Source: Ptychomitrium polyphyllum (Eukaryota). Taken from it: a stretch of 64,000 nt of DNA. A program made the position numbers and the translations under genes. The stretch covers positions 2,232,001 through 2,296,000 of the forward strand of contig OZ316776.1 of the NCBI GenBank assembly GCA_973851085.1. Reading direction: 5' to 3'. This document shows, one piece after another, positions 36,867-48,460 of the stretch (positions are counted from its first letter, which is position 1; the number at the start of each line of letters is the position of its first letter). The notes beneath the pieces were generated by a model. It had not been told where the DNA came from. It did no database searches and worked only from the letters and a program-made list of their open reading frames with translations.

Positions 36867-39605
36867 ACTCTACGCACTTTAGTTCGCAACATGATTCAAT
36901 CAACTCAAGGCCAAGTGAAGGCTTTGATGATTTCGAAAACGATGAAATTTCTTTCGAAGGACCTCAGACTCCCATTCATTCCAAGCCTGGAATTGGTAAC
37001 TCTGAAGCTGTCCGATCCCTCCGCAGCTCCCACCATTGATGGAGGAACATGCCTCCCCTTGTTTTGAAGGTAAATGTTGAATTTTGTTGAGCGTTAGTAC
37101 AGTTTTGGAATCCAGACAAAATCTTGTATTGCTGGAATATCCTGCTGCGGCGTGAGTTTAACATGAGTGGTTGTTTGTGCAGATAATGACCCTCCTCCAG
37201 GAATAGAGGGCCTTCGAATAGTAGGAGATCCTGTTTTGGGTGGCCGACTAACAGCATGTGGCCATCCTGTTAATGGCACTTATTTATGCATCTTCCAGGT
37301 CTATTCAGTGCTATCCTAATAATTTTATTCGGGCAGTTTTAGGTCATCTTTTGTAGCCGAATTTAGGTCTTTCGGATTAACGAGCAAGTATTGCACGAAG
37401 CCCGTTTTTTAGTCACATTATCCTTATTGGATATAGATAAACTGATACGGTTCTCTAAATCCAAGTATTGAGTCCAGTCATATTGACCATTGGAATCTGC
37501 ATTCTAATTTTACTGAAGCTTGTTCAACAGAGTGATGCACTTCCTGACACAATGATTGATATCCTTTTTCTGTGCAGTGGGTCCGGCATTCTCGTGATGG
37601 ACCTGCAACTTTTATTGAAGGTATATTTTGGCGTTGTGTAATTCACGTTATGTTTCCTTTTATTTGGAATGCACTTGATGTTACTTCGAACTTTGTCCAT
37701 TACATATCAGTGATAACTTGTTTACTTCGATGTCTTGCTACCAAACCTGCTCCAAAAAGCTGTTCACACCCGTCCTCATTTAAAGTCCTGTAAGTGACTT
37801 ACTGCTAAATAGGTCCTGTCAGTGGATATACAATATTTTGTTGGACTTCAGTCTCGCTTAATTCTTTCCTCGTTATTTCAGGGGCTGCACAACCAGAATA
37901 CGTTATCACCGCTGACGACTGTGACAATATTGTTACCGTTGAATGTGTACCCATGGATGAGCGTAACCGTAGAGTGAGTAGCTGTGTCTAACCAACAGAC
38001 CTTGAAATCTAAAACCGAATACTGTTCTTGGGATATATGATAGAGCATAATCACGAGGCCTTAAGTCAGAAATTTATGGGTGCTGAAGATAGCCTAGTTT
38101 TTTTGACATGGTTAATTGCAGTTTTCATTGCTACAATGTCACAAGATGGTGGGGCTTCGTATGGATAGCTGAGTGCATTTTCCAATTCTTCTTAAGTTGC
38201 CGACCTGTGTACGATATGGTATGTAGGGTGAATTGGTCAGTGTCATGGTCGATGACGGCAATTGGATCAGTCGAGGTAAGTTTTCTTGTGAAAGTTTGTG
38301 TGCATTCTGAGATCGTTTTGTTTATTATTATCTCTTGTTGACATGGTGAGGAACATGAATATCTGAGTCACTTTGATTATGATAAGCTTGAGTTGAAGGA
38401 CGTTTTACCTGGTAACTTTCTGCAGATCCAATGATTCAAGATCAAATCGAAGTATATATGACTAATGCTCAAGCTCTGTTTGAAGTGAACCTATCGGTAT
38501 GAAATATACTTGCGAGTTGGATGAAATGAACTGTTACTTTTTTTCCCCTGCAGAAGTTCCTCTGTAAAATGTATGAAAATCGATTTTTGCCTGCACTGAA
38601 TGATGTAGATTTCAATACATCTAGAATTGTTCATAATGGCTTTGATTTGTAGCTTGGATTTGCAACTGTTTTTGCTCTTCTGACAATTTGCGATTTTGCT
38701 CAGGAAGGGACATTTGAAGACGCTTCTGAGCCAGCAACACTTGTACTTCGACGCTCAACATATGAATTACGACGAAACAACGGTCGAAAGACGCTTGTCA
38801 ATGAGAAATATTCATCTCAAGTTTCTGTATGTTCACATTTCCCCTCTCCAATCACGTTATTAATGTAATTGTAAGCACACATGCTCACAAATTGATGCAC
38901 TCGAAATTGTGCAATTGTGTTTTCATTCTATCTCGACATACAATCATTAACTGTCCGGGGGTTTGTGTTCTAAACTCCAGATCAATATACCAGTAGGAGA
39001 GTTTCCACACTGTTTCATCGCTTGCCATGACAAAAGAGAGATTTACCTTGAGCTGCGAGATTCTCGGTTAGTTCAACTTCTCACTTTATTTTTCTTGATT
39101 TTGTGCCTGTCTTGCATGCGTCGACAGATGAAAGTACACGTCTGACTTCAGAGTCCAAACAACAAGAATGAGTTGTAGCATAAAATTGAGCTCATAATTA
39201 TCTCAATAGAATGTGATAAAAGATTTGCATGAACTGAGTGCAATCAAGTGTGTAGGAAACGACCTACTGTACATGTCGGAACTTCCTAAGTGAAAAGTGC
39301 TTTTTTCTGGAATAACGCAGGACTCGTGACTTAGCTGTGCTAACTTTCCGAGCTTTCCTGAAGGCCGTAAGTTTGATCAGCCTCACAGCTCTTACTCATG
39401 TGCATATAAGAGCTGTTTGAATGTGGTTATAGTAGATGAAAGAAAGGTTGTGTGCCTATTCAGATCGTTTTTCCTCCATGCTACAGTATGTGTGCAACCC
39501 TTAAAGTTGCACTATATTCAAGAGAGTTGCTGAGCCCCTTTATCGTCTGTGCAGGCCATTGATGAATAGAAGAAGAAAACAAGACGTAAATGGCTTCATC
39601 GTTGA
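36867..39605 (+). pseudogene. 5'-truncated gene for an AIR9-repeat-like Ig domain plus PH-like domain protein (resembles the Arabidopsis At3g03560 family); 10 exons
   Basis: Spliced translation DPPPGIEGLRIVGDPVLGGRLTACGHPVNGTYLCIFQ|WVRHSRDGPATFIEG|AAQPEYVITADDCDNIVTVECVPMDERNRR|GELVSV...|...RDLAVLTFRAF. The first exon (36867-37069, 203 nt) is one base short of phase, giving TGA at 37037-37039. The last exon reads AIDE*KKKTRRKWLHR*. No start exon found. Confidence 0.75.
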
Positions 39606-42228
39606 GATTTAATTACTTAGAAATCAATCTTCTCTGCAGGTCCATGTACGAGATCAGTTTTTGAGTTGTTTTCTATCGTGTATTTATTTGTTGCGGATGT
39701 ACTTTAATAGGACATTGGACGTTGTGGAACCTTCTTTACAAATTGTTGCTGCTTTGTCCGGCTTGGCGATATTGCTTCTTCACACATTTCCTTGGACACA
39801 TCAGACTCAAAGGCAGCGGAGGTCATCCTGAACTCAGTGGCTGCCGAGAACACATTTAGCATGGGTAGTAAGTACCTTAACACAGGTCAGGAAGTTTTTT
39901 TATGCATGGTCTATCATTGATGGTTTGAACATCTATTGGACTATCCTGCTTGTTTGTTTTGAACAAAACACTGTATGACGTTAGTGGGGTTGATCGCTTG
40001 TTGCCTTCTGCACTATCATACTCATACGTTAACTTACAGCAGATCAAGATTAACTGTCTTTCTAACAAGGTGTTCTGTAGAATCCACTGACTTTCTGATG
40101 CCTCTTGCATTCACAGAAGTGGTACACGGATCACTCAATTTTGCACACAACACCACTCTTTCATGAATTGTATTTGGGCAACCTGGTAGTGTGAAAATGA
40201 AGGAAATAATACCTGTGTACCAATTTGGATGTCTAATCTGTAAAAAAACATCACATCCATCAGATAGAAGAAGTTAAGTAATCCAAATTTTGTTACCATG
40301 ATACAATATGGAGTTGCTTCCATACAACATGGATGCATGCACAGCATTCCATGTATGGTTAGTGGTCCATGGAATATGCTTACCATTTTTTCGTTTACCT
40401 ATGAATTATGCTCTACACTAAAACAGGTGTTCGGACAACCTTTTCAATGGCAGATTTCTTTTGGAAGTCTTCTACGGAATTGTTGAGTACCCAATCACAA
40501 GAATCCAATCATAAAATACATTTGAGACTTGCATACATGTGTAAAGAATTGGTGTCTCATGACAAATAAGTGTGAACTTTTTTTAAACATTTTGAGAAAT
40601 TTAATTGATATATAAACTTTACATTCTGAAAAAAACTTTATAGTATTTGTTTCAAATATACATTCTTTGTTTCTTTCTTACCATAGTTTAGGATTTTTCT
40701 TCTTGGTTTTAAACAAATGTTCTGGTAGCATAATAACACATTAGAATGTAGCCAAATATCTTTAAAGTCAAATTCCAAATAAACCTTTCTTATAACCTAC
40801 ATGTAAATACAATAACCATCCAAAATCTTACTATCCAACTTCGATATTACACCTGTGACAATTTGGAAAATTCCTCCATGTTCTTCAATCACATCATCAA
40901 AGAAAAACCACAGAAGAAAAAAAATTGTTGCTTTTAAAGAGTCTCACATCAGAAAACACAGTCCATGTAGATCATACCGGAACATGGTCGGAGGGATGGA
41001 ATCCTAGCAGTAATTGCACAACTGGTTGTGCCTGCTTACGGGAGCTTTCTCAATCACTTTGGGGTCATTCTAAAAAGTCGTCTCTGGGATTCAGATAAGA
41101 ACATAAAATACTGTCCCAAACTGTTGGAGGCAATTTTAGGTCATTTGTTCACCAGCAATGAACAAGTAATTCCATGATTTATACCCATGCCAGATGCTCA
41201 TCCTTGAAATTGAGTTGTGTAAGACTAATATTGTGTTTGCAGCAATATGCTGATTTTGTGTTCTTGTAAGAATCTGCTTCTAAAGTAGGCAACACATTTT
41301 CACCTAATGCATAGGATTGCAATCATGTCTTGGTTTGTTGACTTCTGTAATGAGTGTTGGTTAAAATATTGAAAGCATATTAAGCACATTGCTTGGTGCC
41401 GGGTGCAGAATTTCTAAACAACTTAACACTTTCATGTCGACTAAGTTGGTCAGTTCTTCAGTTACCCATACACATTCATACACATATCCATAATATTGTT
41501 TAACAGTTTGGGGGGGTCACCCATAACATGACTCTAAGGAAAGTAAACATGGCTAGGGTTGTCTTACGAGATGGACATGGCTTGTTATCTAGACGAACGG
41601 AGGGACAAACAGACAAACAGGTCCATTCCGATTTTTGTGGTGGACAAGTAAGTGGAAAACAAGATCTTCTAATTTTTTCTATTTACATTTTATCTTGAAG
41701 CACCTATCTTCTGTGACATTGTGCAGGAAAACTCCACCTAGACGTCCATGATGCATTTCTATCAAAGGTATTTATGATTTTGAGATGTGTGCGTGGACCG
41801 CCAATGATGGCGCATGGGCATGAGGTGCGCAACACGAATGTACTGCTTGCATGGACGCCACGTGGCATACAACGTGGATGGGAAAAATCCAAATTTACCT
41901 TATCGGAGGTCAAGGTCAAAGTGCAGGCTTACGGGACATCGTTGCTGACACACACAGACAGCCACATCCGCAGTCGGACAGATGCAGGCAGTAGACAACT
42001 GTGCTTCCGAGGGGTACGGAAACAACAGCTCAAAGATGATCACTGCGTGGGGAAGCACCGACAGTGACATGTCAACCAACCATACGCTCGGACAATTCAC
42101 TTGCTCCATTATACTGATTGCTTGAAGTCCTTCCTAGAAACAAAAAGCACCAAGCTGTTGCGAAATTGGAGTGCGTGTACCCCAGCAAGTCCTCGGCTAT
42201 GGTATCGAATCTGATCTACACCCTCCTG

Positions 42229-42897
42229 TTACGAGGTTTTCTGAGAAACCTGCACCTTCTGATATATCTGCACCTTAAAGTCCACATAGGCGCTCACCGC
42301 CGTAGTTCGATACTCCACCAGGTTAGAAAGCACGAGCATTCCTTCCCTCGGTTGCTCCCCATGCCTCACTGCAGTGCAAAGTCGATATGCAGCTGGACAA
42401 TTTTGATGTAGTTGGTTCAGAGCAGACAACGGCCGCTTTGAGATTGCACTCCCCTGTTCCACAAAAACAATCGCGTCATATCCACCAACAATAACTGTCA
42501 CAAAACCAACCAACTTTCATGCTGCTCGCCCAAACTAAGAAATGAAGCTCATAATAGTCATGGTCCCAAAGGGCGCTTGCTGACTACTATACGAAAGAAG
42601 GTCACCACTTCAAATACACGACTGAGAGCAAAACCTTGCAAACAATCCCAACTCAAACCCCGTTGCTGATCTCTCATCCGGGCTGCAATCGCCAAACCCG
42701 CCTCGGAGCGCCAGGTTCTTGATTATGCCAAGAGTGTAAAGCAGCAGAAGCTTCAAACTCTCTGGGTATATCAACCTATTGCTTGTCCGATTCTGAACCG
42801 AAAACAAGTTACGATACTCGCGCAAGCTTTGGACCAGCCGCTGGTGAGTGGCTTTACGAGAATCCTCCAGTTTTGATTGCAGGGTCTTCTCAACAGC
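42229..42897 (-). pseudogene. SEC24A: 3' fragment of COPII subunit Sec24A with internal deletion
   Basis: AVEKTLQSKLEDSR...LREYRNLFSVQNRTSNRLIYPESLKLL...DERSATGFE (helical domain) and terminal exon VRHGEQPREGMLVLSNLVE...SAYVDF. The intervening gelsolin-like segment and all 5' domains are absent. Confidence 0.85.
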
Positions 42898-44210
42898 TGT
42901 ACCCATCAGAAAGCCACAATCAACAACCCCCAAGATGAACAGAACGACCCAGTGTATCCATACCAAACCATCACAATGTAAACTGCCTAATTACCATGTT
43001 TGCCCAAAGGACACTATTCTTCATGTTAATTACTAGTAATATCAATCAGGGAGTTCTCCGAGAACTAGGATTTTCTGTAAACAACAACTGGATTCATAGA
43101 GATTCGGTCTATGAGAGTTTACTAATAGTATGTCCACTTCGATCACTGCTTTCCTTTTTATAAGCCATATCTGTCAAATTCGTGTCATACCTAATACACA
43201 AATGGGTTATGTTGTGAATCAAACACCATTATTCCCAAGTGACCTTCTACGGACTCTGTGATTGATGTTAATGTAATGGATTCTGCAGGAAATGTTGAGT
43301 TTGAAACAGCACCAGAGAGCGCGGAGCTCATTGTTGCACGAAAGAGCAGCTCTAACAGGCTTCCCTCCACTTGTTGCAAATGACCACGTCGTCGTCTTCC
43401 AAGTTCCTCACAACTATCGAAACCCCTTCACCAAGATTCCTTCAACCCCCCTCCTCGTCCACCTTGGCTACATTAGTGTATCAGCGTTCCATTTTATCAA
43501 TAGATCCTCTGTCAAGTGTGAGGCTATAAAACCTGAGGTGAACTGATCAAGTTCGCCCGAGATTGTTTGAAATGCACAGGGGTGAGGATTTATGAACCTG
43601 GTAACTGAATCTCAATGGGGTAAAGTGGAGTTCACCAAGTCCTTTTTTGTAACCCATTCCAGGTAAACAACGTTCATTTTTCGGTTTTTACCTCCGTGAT
43701 TTTAATTTGATACTCAGTCTTAGTTATAAAGTGTGTGATGTGACAATACAACGTTTCGACCTTTGTAGACTCTGGGTTTGTGCTGTTGTAGCTAATTAAT
43801 TGTTTTGTTTCTGAGCAGACTTCTTAAGGAAATAACGATGCCCTTCTGGTGTTCAAAAAGTTGAATAAATTATCTTTTTCAGCTCAGTTTGTTTGTTGAA
43901 CTTTTATTGTTTGTTTGTTGGATCTAGTTTTGGGGTTGTAGTAGAAAGCTTGGTGACCATGCATAATTTTGGAACAGAGAGCCAAACAACATCAAATCAG
44001 TTATGCAGGTATTGTTCAAATGAGGCTCACAAATAAGGCCCATACAAAGATTCTTAGCAAACAATTTAAAATACACATAAGAACACTGTGTGAACAGTTT
44101 CAGACAGTCTCGTAGACAATAGAACCAATTGCATAGAAAGATGAAGGGTCCAAATACAATTGCACATTCTTAAGCATTAACTTTTAGAATCCCAAAGAAG
44201 GTACTCAAGC

Positions 44211-46863
44211 TCAGGTGATGCAGTTGATTTCAAAGGTTTGACCCTGCATAAATCAGAAAAAAAGTCAAAGCCACATATCATTGCTCAAGAACCAAGTAAT
44301 TTGTCACCTATTAAAATTAATATACTTTCAACAAATCTTGCAGAACTGGAACAAGAGGGAATCGGAATACCACAATCTCGTGATAAGTTTTCATAAAACT
44401 TTCACAGACCTATAATAAGATCAAATAATTGGCAATAAATGTTACATAACGATATTGGCATGTTCCAGAGGAATCGCAGGCTTAAATAACGACTCGTAAG
44501 CATCAAACTGCCGAAACCTAAATTATCTAAATAACATGGACAGATAACCTCGCATTAAGTGACAATCACGCTATAAATGGTTAGTTGATCCTGTATTTAC
44601 ATGAACAATGATCTATTCTTATGGTACATACATATTATCCACAATTCCTTCTGTATCCCATGACTTACGTCATTTTTTATGAATACATAAGAAACGTGAC
44701 TTTTAAGCTAACGGATGTTTTCGAGAGAAGACTACCTTTAGGAGCTTCTCTAGATTCAACAACGTGTGGCGAGGTCCCACGCTTTCTAACCCTAAGTGAT
44801 TTAAAATCTGCTCCAAGTCCTGCAATCACAATGACATATTGTTAGTTACAAACGTCAACATAGCCAGCAGGTATAGAACTAACCATATGTATGGCCTAAT
44901 AGGTGGAACTGGTCATGTCATTACTGCTTAAAGTTATGGCGGCGTGATGCAAAATACCAGCATACTATTCTACAAATTACGAAAGAAGGCAACTGACAGT
45001 ACTCAACAGTTTCCTATGAAAAGGAAAGGCCACCAGAATAAAAAGAAGAGTTTCTAACTACAAATGTCGATTAGATCTGTTGACATTTTAACAGGTCTTA
45101 GGAATTTAACAGAAAGAACCTGAGGTTACGGAACTGAAAATTTTATCAAAAGCAGATTTGCACGATGTCAATACATAGGTTAAACATGTATTACCTTATT
45201 TAACAAAAACACCGCATATGCTGACCTCGTCGTATCTTGACCCTCAGAGAATAATGGAAACTCAACAACCGTTCGGTGCAAGCCGTACTGTGGAGCAACA
45301 GTAACTGTCACTGCGTCCACTGCAGGAGGCTCAATAGCTGGACAATAGTCTTGAATGAAGGAACGTGACGCCATTTGACGAATAGGATATCGCAATCGCA
45401 CATCAAAATACCGTGCAAGATGAGTTACAACCTGATACATACACAAGTGGCTGTCAGTAACAGATTCTGAATGCACAGGTGACCAACCCTTGAATGCGCA
45501 CCACAAAGAATCACAATGAATATTAAGTGATGCTCACATGGCCAACATATCCAAGAGCAGTTGCAGACATGTTGTTTTCACTCTTATCCTTGGCATGCCC
45601 AGACAGCTTCTTTCCTGGTTCCGATAATGCCATGCCCGCTATGATCAAAGACGAGCCATCTCTATTTACAGCCTCCCTTTCCATTCCTGCTCAAACATAA
45701 GAAAGCAGAATAAAAAGGTTACTTCGTGAAATAGTAATCCCACTGGTTGAATTACTCTACTAAGCATAACCGAAGAGGTCTAAACGTTCAGGTGTGACGG
45801 AAAGAAATGTTTTCATAGCAAAGAGGAGGGAAGATATCTATGATTCCCGATCCATATAAAATATTCACCAACCTTCTACAAACGAATTTTCTGATTCCAA
45901 CGAGGCAAGTGGATATACAAAAGCAAGCTGAGCCACCATTCTCCGTCTCGTAGCATCCAGTAGATAACATAGTCGTCGCAATCGCTCAATCCCACCTTCA
46001 CCAGATAATAATAATTCTGCAACCTAAAATTTAACAAGACCAAAATGTGAGATTATATGTCTTAGCTGTTCGTGCACAACCCTGAGCAGAACGAGTCAAG
46101 CAAAAAATTACCAGAATATTTAACAGTAGCGAACGATTTCAAGTGAGAAGGCCCCAATGCCTCTGGTAATAGAGACCCAAGTTTCGGTAGCAGAATAAAA
46201 CCCATCACCTGCAAACGACGCTGGGCATCGGCAGAAGCTTTGAAGCCAAGCTGTAGAGCCCGAGTAGATGGCACCACACACTCCGTTTTCCTTGTAAGCT
46301 CGTCTCTGTAATTCCGCAATGTTTCTTGGGCACTTTTCAATCTTAGCTTCTTTGCATTAACCTTTCGTTGCATGGCCTCAAGAGCATCTTCCCGCTCCAA
46401 TGCTACTTTTCGAACCTAAACATCGACACTCAATGCGACAGAATTCAGCACACATCCATACTGAATCCCATTCAGCTGACACACAATATAATTCAACAAT
46501 CCAGATACAATCCCAAGCTAAACTACCAAGAACCTGTGTCGATAAAAGCAGTCCACACTAAAACCCTAAAAATGAAATTGCTGGCAAACATGCCAGATGT
46601 CCTTCGCAATATCCCAACTTCCCAATATCCCAATGCCTTCACATCCAAAGGCAAGAAAAGAATGCACAAAACACCTCCAAGCCAGCCGCCAGCTGCTGCG
46701 ACAATGCCTCTTTATCGACTAAAACCTTCTTCAAAACCAATCCTCTGCCGCACATCCGCGCCAGCACATCCTGAAACTCCTCCCACTCCACAAGCTTGGC
46801 CTCCACACTCTCCCCCTTGCCATTCGACCCTTTCTCTCGACCCCCTGACGAAGCTCCTTCCAT
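44211..46863 (-). CDS. VPS38: UVRAG/VPS38-like subunit of PI3K complex II (about 7 exons)
   Basis: KLVEWEEFQDVLAR, coiled coil, RRRMVAQLAFVYP, ATALGYVGHVVTHLARYFDVRLRYPI, EFPLFSEGQDTTRSAYAVFLLNK|DLEQILNHLGLESVGPRHTLLNLEKLL. The last exon (GQTFEINCIT*) is less certain. Confidence 0.88.
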
Positions 46864-47991
46864 GACACGGCGCAGACAGTTCACTGAAGGAACTAAGACT
46901 GTTCACACCCCGATTCATCTTCCTCTCCGCTACAGAAACCTCCGCCCGACTATCCTCCACACCTCCAGCTCCCCCACACCACAGACATTTCAGTGTCATG
47001 TCACCCCATTACCCCCGACCACACCACACCATTCGAGAACCAATCTCGCAGGAACCCCTCGGAAACCTCTCGAACCCAAAACAGAAGACGGAGATGCGAG
47101 TGAGGCGGGTCGATGAAACGCGAGGCTTGCAGGATTTGGCGGAACTGGGAGATTGTGACGACACTACAGATGATTGTGAGCACGCCGCGATGCGGTCCGG
47201 GCAATGGACGAGATAGATTGCCAGGGTTTGTGAGGAGCGATGCGGGGCTTGAGAGAACGAGGACGAAGTCGACAGATGAGGATCTCAAACCCTCTGTGCC
47301 CTTCACGGCTCAGACCTCGCCGGGATGAAAAGGGTATTACCCAGGTACCACAAGGATATAACTCTCCAGCACCGAGTTCAACCGGGTTACGCCGGGTATA
47401 TTCATATCGAAACCCGTATCTCTCGCAGAGAATCTCTCATACCGTGCAGGGAATTTCAGGTTAACATCCACAACCACCATATCTACTACCAGCTTACAAA
47501 TCCATCTCAAGTGACATGTAGATCGCGTAGATAATTCCAGTTTCAGAATAAGCGTACATGAGGCCAACATCGTCTACAACTTATTGAGTAGAATAGGGCT
47601 AAAGCATACCCCAGCTGTAGATGATAGGTGACGGTTATATGAACCAATCTAATAGATTCTGGTGGCTTTAGATACACTAACGAGTATAGGATTCGAAAGG
47701 AGAACAGGTGGAGTCCTGGAGAGTCCAAACCGTCCTGGAATCCCGGGGAAGGGGCCCGCTGTGGCCCCGCGGGCACAGGCGCCGCAGAGGGCGTGCAAGT
47801 GCACCGTGAGTGCCACCGGAACACGCATTCACAGGAATATAAAACAGGAATCAAAGCTCTGCAATAGGGACGCAGTGCGCTTGGGCGTGCTAGCAAGCTG
47901 TCGCAGCCTCCGCAGCGAGCTGTTGCGTACGATCGCCCGAGGCTGCGTCTTGCGCTTGCAATCCGCTTTCTGACGGCCGCCGTCGCAGGAG

Positions 47992-48022
47992 CGTCGTCGT
48001 CGTCGCCGTCGTCGTTGTCGTC
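47992..48022. repeat. Imperfect (CGT)n microsatellite between the divergent VPS38 and channel genes
   Basis: cgtcgtcgtcgtcgccgtcgtcgttgtcgtc read directly. Confidence 0.7.
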
Positions 48023-48460
48023 GGCGGCGTAAAGCGTATTCAGTAGTGGCGGACTCCTTGCCATTCAATTGGCAGCTTTTCGCTTTCAGCTCCGCTTGCA
48101 ACCTCGCGAGTTGCTGTTTGTTGCCTGCCTCGCCGCTGCCGGGCTGCGATAGGTGCCTGCCGAGCCCGATCCCCGCTTCTATTTCACTGGTGACTTAGTG
48201 CTTGGTTTGGCTCCGGGTTTTGCGATTCTTGTGCTTTCTTTTGAATTGGATTACTTTTCTTGATTTTTGGAGGAATTTGAGGAGGAGGGGACTGAAACTA
48301 TGGAGGAGTTTCTTCTGAGTTTTTATGATTAGGAGATCGATTTGTGCGGCGGCGATGGAATGGTGCTGGTGCTGTGATGGTGGAGGCGAGGGTTTTGGAC
48401 TCCATTCTGGAGTACTGTAGTGCGTGTTCGAATGTAAGTTGCTCGGAGATGAGAGAGGCC

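Noticed and set aside
43200..43620. Coding-like patch next to the Sec24A fragment
   Set aside because: Multiple stops and no identifiable homology by eye.
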